Assembly (NCBI GenBank): GCA_043757545.1
Contig: JAYVPG010000069.1
Coordinates: forward strand, 9,427-73,426
Length of the DNA: 64,000 bases
DNA from: Pseudobdellovibrionaceae bacterium
GTDB lineage: Bacteria; Bdellovibrionota; Bdellovibrionia; Bdellovibrionales; UBA1609
Direction of reading: 5' to 3'
In this document: positions 37,502-46,768 of the stretch, in pieces
How the letters are laid out: each line of letters starts with the position of its first letter
Position numbering within the stretch: position 1 is the first letter of the stretch
Program-made: the position numbers and the translations under genes
Notes under the pieces: generated by a model
The model's database searches: none
Told to the model about the DNA's origin: nothing
Seen by the model: the letters and a program-made list of their open reading frames with translations, nothing else

Positions 37502-39895
37502 ATGAAGAATCAAAATATTTTTCCCACAACAGCAATACCCGTCATACCGATGCGGAATATGGTTATTTTTCCGGGTCAAACTCTACCAATCGTGGTCGGC
37601 CGCGCACGCAGCCGAAACGCATTCGAAGCCGCGCTGAAAGCCGACTCTGAATGGGTTTTATTTGTGGCGCAAAAACACGATCTCGAAAATCTCGAGCCCG
37701 GGCCAGAAGATTTATTTAAAGTCGGAGTCTTGGCACGCGTGGATCGACATGAGGTCACGCCCGAGCGCGCCTATCAATTGGTCATCACCAGTCAAATGCG
37801 TTTTGCGGTGAGCCGCTATGAAGAGGGCAAAGGATATTTGCAAGCCTACGGGGTTCCCCAAGACGACATTCGCGACGTGGATCCAGAAGCACTCGCCAGT
37901 CTCATGCGTAACGCGAAAAATTTAGGCAGCGAAATTTTCGAATTGCTTCCGGCCAACTTAGAGCGACTTTCCAATCTGGTTATGGCGATTGAAGATCCGA
38001 TCTTGCTCACGCATGTCGTTTCACAAAACCTCGACCTTAAGGTGAGTAAAAAGCAGGAACTGCTTGAAATGACGTCACTAAAGAGTCGCCTTCTTTCTCT
38101 TTTGGAGCAGATGGTGACGTTTCGCGAGCAGCTTAAACTGCAACGCGAGTTGAATCAGAAACTGACCTCACGCATGGGCAAACAACATCGCGATGCGATC
38201 CTGCGCGAACAGATCCGCACGCTACAAGAGGAGCTCGGCGAAAAATCCGGCAAGGACAAGAGCGACTACCACGAAAAAATTGAAAATGGCGGCATGCCCG
38301 AAGATGTGAAAAAGGCGGCACTCGAACAGCTAGATCGTTTGGAGTCTCTTGGCCAACAATCACCTGAAACTTCAGTGATCCGAAACTATCTCGACCTACT
38401 CGTAGCCCTGCCGTGGGACGTGAGCTCCAGCGCCGATATTGATTTGGAACAAGCCCGCCGTGTGCTCGATGGCGATCACTACGGGCTTGAGAAAATCAAA
38501 ACTAGAATTTTACAACATTTGGCGGTTTTGAAAATCAAACAGAAAAAAGGCAGCATCCTACTCTTTGTCGGCCCCCCGGGAGTGGGTAAAACCAGCTTAG
38601 GCAAAAGTATCGCCAAAGCCATGAAACGCAAATTTGTACGCGTCAGTCTCGGTGGAGTCCGCGACGACGCCGAGATTCGCGGGCATCGCCGCACCTATGT
38701 GGGCGCACTCCCTGGACGCATTGTCGATGGGATCAAACGCGCTGGTGAAAACAATCCCGTGTTTATGCTCGATGAAATCGACAAAATGACTCGCGGTTGG
38801 GGCGGCGATCCGGCCGCAACGATGCTCGAAGTTTTAGATCCGGAACAAAATAATAAATTCCTGGATCACTACCTCGACGTGCCCTTTGATTTATCCAATG
38901 TGTTTTTTATCGGCACGGCCAATACGCTCGATACGATTCCGCCCGCACTTTTGGATCGTATGGAGGTCATTCACCTCTCCGGCTACACCACGCCCGAGAA
39001 ACTGCATATCTCGCGCACTCATTTGGTGCCGAAACAGCTCGAAGACCACGGTGTAAAACCTGAGCAACTGGAGATCAGCGAAGCCGCACAGCTGCGCATG
39101 ATCAGCGCCTACACGAGAGAAGCGGGCGTGCGCGAACTGCAACGTCATGTCGGCGCCGTCGTGCGCGCAAAAACCGAAAAAGTTTTGACCAATACGAGCG
39201 CTGAACCCGTGCGTGTGGACGTCGCGGACTTGGATGAGATATTGGGCGCCGAGAAGTTTATTCAAGAGCAGGTCGGTGCGGAAAATCCTCCGGGAGTGGT
39301 GACGGGCCTGGCGTGGACCCCGCTCGGCGGTGAAATTTTATTTATCGAATCGAGCCATATGCCGGGCAAAGGTGGGCTCTTGCTCACTGGACAGTTGGGC
39401 GAGGTGATGCGCGAGAGCGCTCAGATCGCAATGACTTTGGTGCGCTCGCGCCTTGCTGGCGCGATAGCGAACTATTCCTATGACCGCGAAGATGTCCATC
39501 TGCATGTTCCTGCCGGTGCCGTCCCCAAAGACGGACCGTCGGCCGGAGTGGCCATGCTCTCGGCCATTGCGAGTCTGCTGCTCAAGCGGTCCGTGAGCTC
39601 AAAGATCGCCATGACTGGGGAAATCACCTTGCGAGGTGCGGTGACCCCGGTGGGTGGAATCAAAGAAAAAGTTTTGGCCGCGCATCGGGCCGGAATTAAG
39701 AAAGTGCTCTTGCCGAAACGCAATGAGCGCGACCTGAAAGAGGTCCCGGATGAAGTTAAAAAGGACCTGGAGTTTGTTTTTGCAGAGACCGTCGAAGAGG
39801 CTCTTCACCATATATTGGGTTTAGAGCCCGCCGATTGGGCTGCACTCAAGACAACACCACCATCTGGATTGACTGCGGACCTGGATAGTCATTAG
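37502..39895 (+). CDS. lon: ATP-dependent Lon protease
   Basis: LON N-domain, Walker A GPPGVGKTS, protease Ser in PKDGPSAGVAM and Lys in KEKVLAAHRAGIK. 797 aa. Confidence 0.95.
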   Translation: MKNQNIFPTTAIPVIPMRNMVIFPGQTLPIVVGRARSRNAFEAALKADSEWVLFVAQKHDLENLEPGPEDLFKVGVLARVDRHEVTPERAYQLVITSQMRFAVSRYEEGKGYLQAYGVPQDDIRDVDPEALASLMRNAKNLGSEIFELLPANLERLSNLVMAIEDPILLTHVVSQNLDLKVSKKQELLEMTSLKSRLLSLLEQMVTFREQLKLQRELNQKLTSRMGKQHRDAILREQIRTLQEELGEKSGKDKSDYHEKIENGGMPEDVKKAALEQLDRLESLGQQSPETSVIRNYLDLLVALPWDVSSSADIDLEQARRVLDGDHYGLEKIKTRILQHLAVLKIKQKKGSILLFVGPPGVGKTSLGKSIAKAMKRKFVRVSLGGVRDDAEIRGHRRTYVGALPGRIVDGIKRAGENNPVFMLDEIDKMTRGWGGDPAATMLEVLDPEQNNKFLDHYLDVPFDLSNVFFIGTANTLDTIPPALLDRMEVIHLSGYTTPEKLHISRTHLVPKQLEDHGVKPEQLEISEAAQLRMISAYTREAGVRELQRHVGAVVRAKTEKVLTNTSAEPVRVDVADLDEILGAEKFIQEQVGAENPPGVVTGLAWTPLGGEILFIESSHMPGKGGLLLTGQLGEVMRESAQIAMTLVRSRLAGAIANYSYDREDVHLHVPAGAVPKDGPSAGVAMLSAIASLLLKRSVSSKIAMTGEITLRGAVTPVGGIKEKVLAAHRAGIKKVLLPKRNERDLKEVPDEVKKDLEFVFAETVEEALHHILGLEPADWAALKTTPPSGLTADLDSH

Positions 39896-39931
39896 AGTCA
39901 TTCTTTTTAACCTTTACCTGAGGTCTTAAGA

Positions 39932-40465
39932 ATGAAGCAAATGACTCCCAAGTCCTGGTTGCTGGCGGCGTTAATGATCTTAGCTGGAGTCGTGAGCCGC
40001 TGGGTTCCGCATCCTGCGAATTTTTCAGCCCTGCTTGCGGTTGCGGTTTATGCGGGCTTTGCGTTCCCCGGTACCATTGCGCTTGGCATCCCCTTAGCGA
40101 GCGCCTTTCTGGGCGACTTATTTCTTGGATTTCATGACTTGATGGCGGTTGTTTACCTAAGCCTTCTAGCACTGGTGGCGATCGGCCGTTGGCTCCCCGA
40201 TCTCGATATGAGCGCACGCAAGCTGCCAAGCTGGATGCTCACCGGATTGCTCGGCTCGATACTTTTCTTTATTACGACAAACCTCGCGGTCTGGTGGACC
40301 TCGGGCATGTACCCCCACACTCAAGAGGGATTGACGGCTTGTTTTATCCTCGCCATTCCGTTCTTCCATAATTCGGTGGTTTCAACTTGGCTGTTTATGG
40401 GTGCTTTTGAGCTCGTTCGCCACTTTGCCTTTGCCGGTGAGCGCGAAGCCAGTCACCAAAGCTAA
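39932..40465 (+). CDS. Small polytopic membrane protein (possibly DUF6580/ECF-S-like transporter component)
   Basis: 177 aa with 5-6 hydrophobic helices. The N-terminal SRWVPHPANFSALLAVAVYAGFAF resembles the R..P.NF.P..A pattern I recall for DUF6580. The family call is tentative. Confidence 0.35.
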   Translation: MKQMTPKSWLLAALMILAGVVSRWVPHPANFSALLAVAVYAGFAFPGTIALGIPLASAFLGDLFLGFHDLMAVVYLSLLALVAIGRWLPDLDMSARKLPSWMLTGLLGSILFFITTNLAVWWTSGMYPHTQEGLTACFILAIPFFHNSVVSTWLFMGAFELVRHFAFAGEREASHQS

Positions 40466-40540
40466 TCAGTTGGCTTTCAGATTTGAGGGGCCTTAGCACT
40501 TCTGTTGTGCATTGCTTCAGAAACTGTCATCTTGGCCCCT

Positions 40541-41077
40541 ATGTTTTACAAGCGAAGCGCCCTACTTTTGCCCACACTCTTGCTCGGCCCAGTGATTCCC
40601 CATGAATCCTATGCGGCGATTTATTTAAGCGAAGCCCAGGCGGCCTCGGTGATTTTCCCCGGCGAAACGTTTTCCAAAATTACTCTGCAGCTCTCTTCAG
40701 AGGAGCAAAGCAAAATCAAATCGGCCGCGGCGGATGACTCAGTCCATTCTGAAGCCCAGATATTCAAGGCCAAATCCGGTGACTGCGTGTTTATCGACCG
40801 CGTGATTGGAAAACATGAATTGATCACTTATGCCGTCGGCATTTCCCGGCAGGGAAAAATTAAGGGAGTCGAAATTCTCGAGTACCGTGAGTCCTATGGC
40901 CATGAGATCCGCGGCGAAAAGTGGCGCGCCCAGTTTATCGGTAAGGATGGTAAATCGTCACTGAAGATGAATGACGACATAATGAATATCAGTGGCGCCA
41001 CACTCTCGTCGGCCCACATCACCAGCGGCGTACGCCGCCTTTTGCAAACTTATGATGTTATCAAAGCAAGAATTTAA
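40541..41077 (+). CDS. Secreted FMN-binding domain protein (NqrC/RnfG-type FMN_bind)
   Basis: Trimmed to ATG 40541. Signal peptide MFYKRSALLLPTLLLGPVIPHESYA. The C-terminal ISGATLSSAHITSGV contains the SGAT flavinylation-type motif. Confidence 0.7.
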   Translation: MFYKRSALLLPTLLLGPVIPHESYAAIYLSEAQAASVIFPGETFSKITLQLSSEEQSKIKSAAADDSVHSEAQIFKAKSGDCVFIDRVIGKHELITYAVGISRQGKIKGVEILEYRESYGHEIRGEKWRAQFIGKDGKSSLKMNDDIMNISGATLSSAHITSGVRRLLQTYDVIKARI

Positions 41078-41891
41078 ACGCGCACGCCCGGCACTCGGCA
41101 CCATTCTCACCTTCCGCTTAGAGGGGCCGACGACTTTGGACACTGTGCAAGTCGACGAGCAGCTCTCACTTGCTTTTGATTTCTGCGAGGACTTGGAACA
41201 GAAATTTTCTAAGTTTCGTGAAATGTCCGATGTCAGTCGTTTGAATCAGGCATCACTCGCTACGGATATTCCAGTAAGTCCTGAGTTTGCTCGGATTTTT
41301 CCATTGGCTGAAAAGATTTGGCAGGTCTCGGAAGGCGCGTTTGATCCGTTTGCCGGTCTCTCTCTCTCTAGAGGCGACTGCCCGATCCTTTTACGCGCGG
41401 ACGGAACGCAACATTTCGCCCGCCGAACACGCGATTGCCAGTTGGACCTTTCTGGAATTGCCAAGGGATTTATTGTCGATGAACTCACTGATTTTCTACT
41501 GGCACGACTGCCGGGACTCTCAGGCGTGGTAAATGCCGGTGGGGATTTGCGATTTTTCGCCACTCAACAACGACTGGCCGACATTCGCCTGACGACCCCC
41601 GAGCGAAAATTTCAGCGACTAAGTATTAATCAAGACGGACTGGCCACTTCGGCACAGACTCCGGCTAGCGATGATCCGCTCTCCACAACGCAGTATCATC
41701 AAACTCCCCGCAGTGGTCTTGGTGCGACCGATGCGGTGACTGCGGTCGCTGGCACTTGTGCGCTGGCCGACGCTCTGACCAAGGTCGGCTGGTTTGCACC
41801 CGCTTCCATCTGCCAACGCACGGTCGAAAAATTTGCCGCCGAGATCTTAGTTTTTGACTCCACGGGCATTGTTCGCGAGAAATTTATTTAG
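41052..41891 (+). CDS. apbE: ApbE-family FAD:protein FMN transferase
   Basis: Start at ATG 41052 (MMLSKQEFKRARPALGTILTF). The LSGIAKGFIVDE and VNAGGDLRFF blocks are typical of ApbE. It overlaps the FMN-binding gene by 26 nt. Confidence 0.8.
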   Translation: MMLSKQEFKRARPALGTILTFRLEGPTTLDTVQVDEQLSLAFDFCEDLEQKFSKFREMSDVSRLNQASLATDIPVSPEFARIFPLAEKIWQVSEGAFDPFAGLSLSRGDCPILLRADGTQHFARRTRDCQLDLSGIAKGFIVDELTDFLLARLPGLSGVVNAGGDLRFFATQQRLADIRLTTPERKFQRLSINQDGLATSAQTPASDDPLSTTQYHQTPRSGLGATDAVTAVAGTCALADALTKVGWFAPASICQRTVEKFAAEILVFDSTGIVREKFI

Positions 41892-42308
41892 ATGAAACTG
41901 ACTCTCCGCTTAAAATGGATCGTTATCTCGACTCTGCTCGGACTCTACGTCACGGGCGTAGCGTTTTGGGTGATGAGCCATTGGTTTATGGTCAATATCG
42001 GATTTGGCCCTGAGCGCTCCCCGATCGCCACGCTCTGGTTACAGCTCCATTCCACGGTCGGACTATGGTTTATGGTTTTATTTGGCTATCTGTTTCAGGC
42101 TCACGTGATGCCGTCTTGGAAAAAAGGCAAACGCTTGCGCAGCGGAACGACCCTCACCGCAGTCAGTATCTTCTTAATTGCGACGGTGCCGGGGCTTTTC
42201 TATATTAGCAATGAAACGATGAAAGCAAACGTCGCTTGGGTCCACACCTATGTGGGGCTAGCGACCTTAGTGATATTTCTGATCCATTATTTTTCTAAAA
42301 AAACCTAA
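41892..42308 (+). CDS. Four-helix membrane protein with conserved-looking His residues (cytochrome b-like / DUF4405-like)
   Basis: 138 aa. It begins 1 nt after the apbE stop. Four hydrophobic helices carry His residues (SHWF, LQLHS, QAHV, WVHTY, LIHYF). Confidence 0.4.
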   Translation: MKLTLRLKWIVISTLLGLYVTGVAFWVMSHWFMVNIGFGPERSPIATLWLQLHSTVGLWFMVLFGYLFQAHVMPSWKKGKRLRSGTTLTAVSIFLIATVPGLFYISNETMKANVAWVHTYVGLATLVIFLIHYFSKKT

Positions 42309-42318
42309 AACGCGTGCC

Positions 42319-42885
42319 CTAATGAAGCGCGCGCATCAGACGAAGGGCTCCTGGATTGGCTTGCGATTGCATGCGCTCGAAGTCACGACGTAGCGAGGAA
42401 TACTTTTCTTGTACGCGCTTGGCATTGATCAAACAAAGCGCCTGAGCCTGCTCCGTTCCGTTGCGATCAGCGACGCAACCCTCGAGTTCACGAAAGAAAC
42501 TCTCGGCGTTGGATTGCGACTTCATCGCCTCTTGCTGTTTGGCATAGAGCTCGAGCGTAAAGCGAATCATAATTTCAGGGGGAGAATGCGGGTTCGCAGT
42601 CACAGCCGCACGCAAGGCCTCGCGACTGGGCATCAACTCAATCACGGGGCGAGGATTAGCTGTATGAACTGAGTCCGCAGCGGTTCCCGGAGCCGCCGGC
42701 GTCGGCACCACCATAGTGGGCGAAGGTTCAAAGCTTGGTTCAGCACTAAGATTGCCCAGAATTTTGGCCGCAATAACTTCGGCGTCTTGAGCCGGTGATG
42801 AAGCTGGCGAGTTCCTCTTGAAAACTAAAAAGATCGCGCCCACGACTAGCACACCCAGTAGGAACGCAAGAATTCGAGAATTCAT
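42319..42885 (-). CDS. Hypothetical membrane-anchored periplasmic protein
   Basis: N-terminal anchor MNSRILAFLLGVLVVGAIFLVF and a helical C-terminal domain. It lies 1 nt downstream of the HExxH lipoprotein gene. Confidence 0.45.
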   Translation of the reverse strand: MNSRILAFLLGVLVVGAIFLVFKRNSPASSPAQDAEVIAAKILGNLSAEPSFEPSPTMVVPTPAAPGTAADSVHTANPRPVIELMPSREALRAAVTANPHSPPEIMIRFTLELYAKQQEAMKSQSNAESFFRELEGCVADRNGTEQAQALCLINAKRVQEKYSSLRRDFERMQSQANPGALRLMRALH

Positions 42886-42886
42886 A

Positions 42887-43843
42887 TTATTGAAGGCCCG
42901 AGCTCGACATGTCGGGAGCGCCTAATCGACCATCGAGCATCGCCGAAGAATCGACAAGCAAACGGCTAGCCGTATCGATGACCATATAGTCAACAATCGC
43001 GCGATCCTGCCCCGAATAGCTATCGACCAACGCTTTGATGAAGACCAGCTCAATTCCATAGGCTCCCCACGCGTGACCGTCACAGGCCGTGATTCCTTTT
43101 AAGTCGCCAGAGGTACAAAATGCATGAAGATGTCCGCATTCTGCCTTCTTAAATCCCGCCATCGTCTCGGGCATGCTTTTTGAAGTTTTGAGAAAGGCAA
43201 TATCATCCGCTGTAATTCCACCCGTGCAATCTGAATGTCGAGCCTCATGCACCAAAGTTGCTTGACGATAAACGGGCGGCAATGCGATCACCTGCCCTTT
43301 ACCCGTCGTGACCGTCGAGCGATAGCCCGCACCAATGACCATAATTCCGATCCTAGGAGATTCGATCGGAAAAGAATCTTTGCCATGGTACAAGGTTATT
43401 GAAACGTTATTCACAATTCCCATATACCAAAGTGAAGTCCCCGCGTTGTAAGCGCCCACTTCACCACCCGCATCCTTTAACTTTTTATCTGCATCCGGAT
43501 CTTCGAAAAAGGCCTTGATCGAAACGTCCGACGGAACCGTACGAAAGGAGTCAGTCTCTTCCGGAGTCAGATAAAACTGAATACGCTGAGCCATATACTG
43601 TCGAATCGCCGAGCCCGAAGTTCCGCCAAAGATCTTACTGAATAAACCGTTCGAACTCTGATCATAGGTGTTAAGAGTCATTACGTTTAAACTTCCAAGC
43701 CCCTTTAAATCCGCAGCCAGCTGAGCCTTCGGGCTTGTCCCCGGGGAATCCTGGGTCTTTTTACCGGGGTTACAACCCGTAAGAAATAAGCTCCCGGCAA
43801 TAAGAACGGCGATGAGTTTAAGCGGACGGACAGCGGCAACCAT
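42887..43843 (-). CDS. Lipoprotein with HExxH motif (putative zinc metallopeptidase)
   Basis: Trimmed to ATG 43843. Lipobox GSLFLTGC. HEARH lies within ATLVHEARHSDCTGG. There are several Cys/His downstream (ECGHLHAFC, ACDGHAWG). Confidence 0.5.
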   Translation of the reverse strand: MVAAVRPLKLIAVLIAGSLFLTGCNPGKKTQDSPGTSPKAQLAADLKGLGSLNVMTLNTYDQSSNGLFSKIFGGTSGSAIRQYMAQRIQFYLTPEETDSFRTVPSDVSIKAFFEDPDADKKLKDAGGEVGAYNAGTSLWYMGIVNNVSITLYHGKDSFPIESPRIGIMVIGAGYRSTVTTGKGQVIALPPVYRQATLVHEARHSDCTGGITADDIAFLKTSKSMPETMAGFKKAECGHLHAFCTSGDLKGITACDGHAWGAYGIELVFIKALVDSYSGQDRAIVDYMVIDTASRLLVDSSAMLDGRLGAPDMSSSGLQ

Positions 43844-43934
43844 GTTCGACTCCTGAAAAGGTTCACGATCAGGAGAGCATAATTTAAGCCAGGCTAGAAT
43901 GGACCTGGATTGAAACTGGGTTCCCAAATCAATG

Positions 43935-43965
43935 AAAAAACTGCCGAATAGGCGAAAAACGGCAG
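43935..43965 (-). terminator. Candidate rho-independent terminator after the gpmA operon
   Basis: The minus strand reads CTGCCG-tttttcgcctatt-CGGCAG followed by TTTTTT. Confidence 0.5.
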
Positions 43966-44085
43966 TCGTTAGACCCGGAAAAAATGAAAAGGCCAAAGAA
44001 AATCTACGTAACAGGGCCGTTCGCTCACTGAAGAAAGCCGGTCACCGCCTATCCGACTCTTCACCCACTCACTAAATTTTAAGAC

Positions 44086-44838
44086 TTACTTCGCTCGGCC
44101 CTGGCTGGCTACCGCAGCCTGGGCGCGAGCTATCTCTTCGGCATCGCCGAGATAGCGCTTACCAATCACCTTTAAATTCTCATCCAGCTCGTACACCAAC
44201 GGTATACCCGTCGGAATATTGATCTCCATAATCTGCTCTGCAGAAAGACCTTCTAAATGCTGCACAAGTGCGCGCAGTGAATTGCCGTGAGCCACGAGCA
44301 AAACTTTTTCGCCATTTTTAATGCGGGGAGCGATGTCACCGGTCCACAACGGCATAAGCCGAGCCAAAGTCGACTTCAATGTTTCACCGCGCGGCTGTTC
44401 TGTTGCTCCGATCGAAGAGAAGCGTGGATCTTTTTGTTGATGTTTAAAATCCTCATCGTTCAATGGCGGTGGAGGAGTGTCGTAACTGCGACGCCAGATT
44501 TTAACCTGGGCTTCGCCATATTTATTCGCCGTCTCAGTTTTGTTCAGACCCTGGAGCGCACCGTAATGCCGTTCGTTCAACCGCCACGAGGTCAATACCG
44601 GCAAATACATCGCGTTCATTTCTTCAAGTGCAATCCACAATGTGCGAATCGCTCGCTTCAGAACAGACGTGTAGACGATGTCGAATTGAAAACCTTCCGC
44701 GCGCAACAACTGCCCCGCGCCCTTGGCCTCGCTACGGCCCTTTTCGCTAAGGTCAATATCAACCCAGCCGGTAAAGCGATTCTCTTCGTTCCACTGGCTC
44801 TGGCCGTGACGAACTAAAACTAGTCGATGACGAATCAT
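44086..44838 (-). CDS. gpmA: 2,3-bisphosphoglycerate-dependent phosphoglycerate mutase
   Basis: [20 protein letters not shown] and HGNSLRAL motifs. 250 aa. Confidence 0.93.
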   Translation of the reverse strand: MIRHRLVLVRHGQSQWNEENRFTGWVDIDLSEKGRSEAKGAGQLLRAEGFQFDIVYTSVLKRAIRTLWIALEEMNAMYLPVLTSWRLNERHYGALQGLNKTETANKYGEAQVKIWRRSYDTPPPPLNDEDFKHQQKDPRFSSIGATEQPRGETLKSTLARLMPLWTGDIAPRIKNGEKVLLVAHGNSLRALVQHLEGLSAEQIMEINIPTGIPLVYELDENLKVIGKRYLGDAEEIARAQAAVASQGRAK

Positions 44839-45464
44839 TTGGGACTCGCCTTGTTTTCAATCTTCACTGGGCGAATGGTGTCGGCACCCAAGATCCGGCT
44901 GGCCAGAAGGTGAAAGTGCAATTCGAAATCGGGTTTGGATTTGGCGATCAGACCTCCCGCGACTTTGGGTGGCGAGATCTCAAAATCTGCGAAGCGAACT
45001 TTTGCCAGCCCGTCGACTTCAGCATTGTCCGAAGTCTCTGTGTAGTGTGAAGAGACCTTCAGCGGATAAGATTTGTCGCCAATCGAGAGCTCACCATCCA
45101 AAGAAAATTCAGACCGCGCAAACAGCTCCCGCCACTGGTTCGCCGTCATAGACCGGCTCTTAAATAGAATCTCGGGCCTGACGTCCGCCTTCAGTGTTTT
45201 CATCACATCTTGATCGCGGGCCTCTTCGCCACTTTGAAAGGCGCGAATGGGTACACCGACCTCAATCCGGTAGAGCCCACCGAGTTCCGGCAACACCTGC
45301 GCCGAAACGTCGCAGTTTTTACCGATCACGTAGCTGGAACTCACCAGCAGCATCACTTTTTCAACTTTATAGCCGACGCAGTGGGTGCCCTCTTCAAAAA
45401 GAGAATCCGTTGTCGCGCCCCAAGCCGAGTGAACAAAAAGTAAGAAAAGACTACTCAGCAGCAC
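44835..45464 (-). CDS. YceI-like periplasmic protein
   Basis: Signal peptide. YceI-like blocks: [48 protein letters not shown]. Confidence 0.55.
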   Translation of the reverse strand: MLLSSLFLLFVHSAWGATTDSLFEEGTHCVGYKVEKVMLLVSSSYVIGKNCDVSAQVLPELGGLYRIEVGVPIRAFQSGEEARDQDVMKTLKADVRPEILFKSRSMTANQWRELFARSEFSLDGELSIGDKSYPLKVSSHYTETSDNAEVDGLAKVRFADFEISPPKVAGGLIAKSKPDFELHFHLLASRILGADTIRPVKIENKASPK

Positions 45465-46026
45465 TCGATGCGCCTTCCTTCTTAGCTTTCAATCCCGCAT
45501 CGCAAATCTCAAGTTTTTCCTCATACTCGTCCTGACGCTTGAGTAAAGCCGTGCGATATTTATTAAAGCGTGAGATGCGATCTTTTAGAAATTCATCGGT
45601 CACTCCGACCAAACGCTCATTCTCATCAATGCCGATATTGAATTCCTCTTCTTTGTCGGTGACGCGATCGACAGGCTCCGTCCACGTCAATTTTCCATCG
45701 CCACCGAGTTTTTTAGAAACAGCTTCGGCGCGGCAATCTTTAAGCGCTCCATACAGACCCTTCGATCCGTATTTACGATTGCCGTACACTTTGTCCTCGA
45801 GCTCATAGACCTCGTATTGCAAACGACGCAGCTCTTCGTTCATGGCGACTTTTTTCTGCACGATCATATTGCCATTTTTTACGCCGACCTTTTCATCGCC
45901 GGTCACCTGATCACCTTGACTCATTTTGGTGTCGATTTTTTCAGCCTTGTGCGGATTGGTTTTACATCCCGACAAAAAACTTGCCGTCAAAAGTACAAGA
46001 ATCATCTTTGTGCGAATTCCAATCAT
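45451..46026 (-). CDS. Hypothetical lipoprotein with coiled-coil character
   Basis: Lipobox LTASFLSGC. The body is charged and helical. No domain recognised. Confidence 0.5.
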   Translation of the reverse strand: MIGIRTKMILVLLTASFLSGCKTNPHKAEKIDTKMSQGDQVTGDEKVGVKNGNMIVQKKVAMNEELRRLQYEVYELEDKVYGNRKYGSKGLYGALKDCRAEAVSKKLGGDGKLTWTEPVDRVTDKEEEFNIGIDENERLVGVTDEFLKDRISRFNKYRTALLKRQDEYEEKLEICDAGLKAKKEGASSAAE

Positions 46027-46043
46027 ACGTTCTCCCCGGCCGA

Positions 46044-46733
46044 TCAGGCCTCAATGTGACCGCTCATTATAGGGTCGGAGTGGACCAGGAGATATTCATG
46101 ACTCCCTAGGTCAATTCGTAGGCGCCCTAAGCACTCAATCGATTTCCGCAAGGTCTCGAACAACTGGCGGCTCCAAACGTTTAAATCCGGGTTCTGCGGC
46201 GCTTGATTGAAGAAAACTTCACGGACCTTATCAATCACATCGGCCCGCCCCAAACTCAATCCAGTCTCAGAGTTCACAGGATTTTGGCAGTCCAGCGTCA
46301 GATTGAAGAGCTTAAATTTAAGTTCGGTCGCGGCCGGCGAAAAGTAGTGCGTGCAGGCCAACCGTTCCGTCTCCCAAACCGTCAGACTCTGCCATTTCCC
46401 TTGCTCGGGAGGCCTGAGCGCCAGCTCCCGAGCCAATTCCTGAGTGATGTTCTCAAGCGTTGGGGGCTGTACGCCAAAGGGCGGCAAAAACAAGCACTGA
46501 TGATCCACCTTAGCCTTCAGGTGCGCCAATGCGCCGGTCACGGCTATTTCAGAGGAGTCCGATGCCCCGACCAGTGTAATTTCGATACGCATATTGCTGC
46601 CAATTCCCTCACTCGACGCATCGGCACCATAAATTTGCACATTTTTTTCATCACTCCATTGCTCGTTCCAATAGCGATGAGCGACACTAACGTAGACAAA
46701 CTTTGTACATTTCAGGTTTTCGTTCTGGGACAT
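46044..46733 (-). CDS. 6-pyruvoyl-tetrahydropterin synthase (PTPS/QueD)-fold protein with degenerate active site
   Basis: VSVAHRYWNEQWSDEKNVQIYGADASSEGIGSNMRIEITLVG parallels the PTPS block SA.HRL....LSDEEN...FGKC....GHGHNY.V.V.V.G. However, the catalytic Cys (GKC to GAD) and HGH (to IGS) are replaced. At 229 aa it is longer than single-domain PTPS. Confidence 0.5.
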   Translation of the reverse strand: MSQNENLKCTKFVYVSVAHRYWNEQWSDEKNVQIYGADASSEGIGSNMRIEITLVGASDSSEIAVTGALAHLKAKVDHQCLFLPPFGVQPPTLENITQELARELALRPPEQGKWQSLTVWETERLACTHYFSPAATELKFKLFNLTLDCQNPVNSETGLSLGRADVIDKVREVFFNQAPQNPDLNVWSRQLFETLRKSIECLGRLRIDLGSHEYLLVHSDPIMSGHIEA

Positions 46734-46768
46734 GAGCCCGTTATGCCGTGAAGCAAGGGAGAGCGCAA

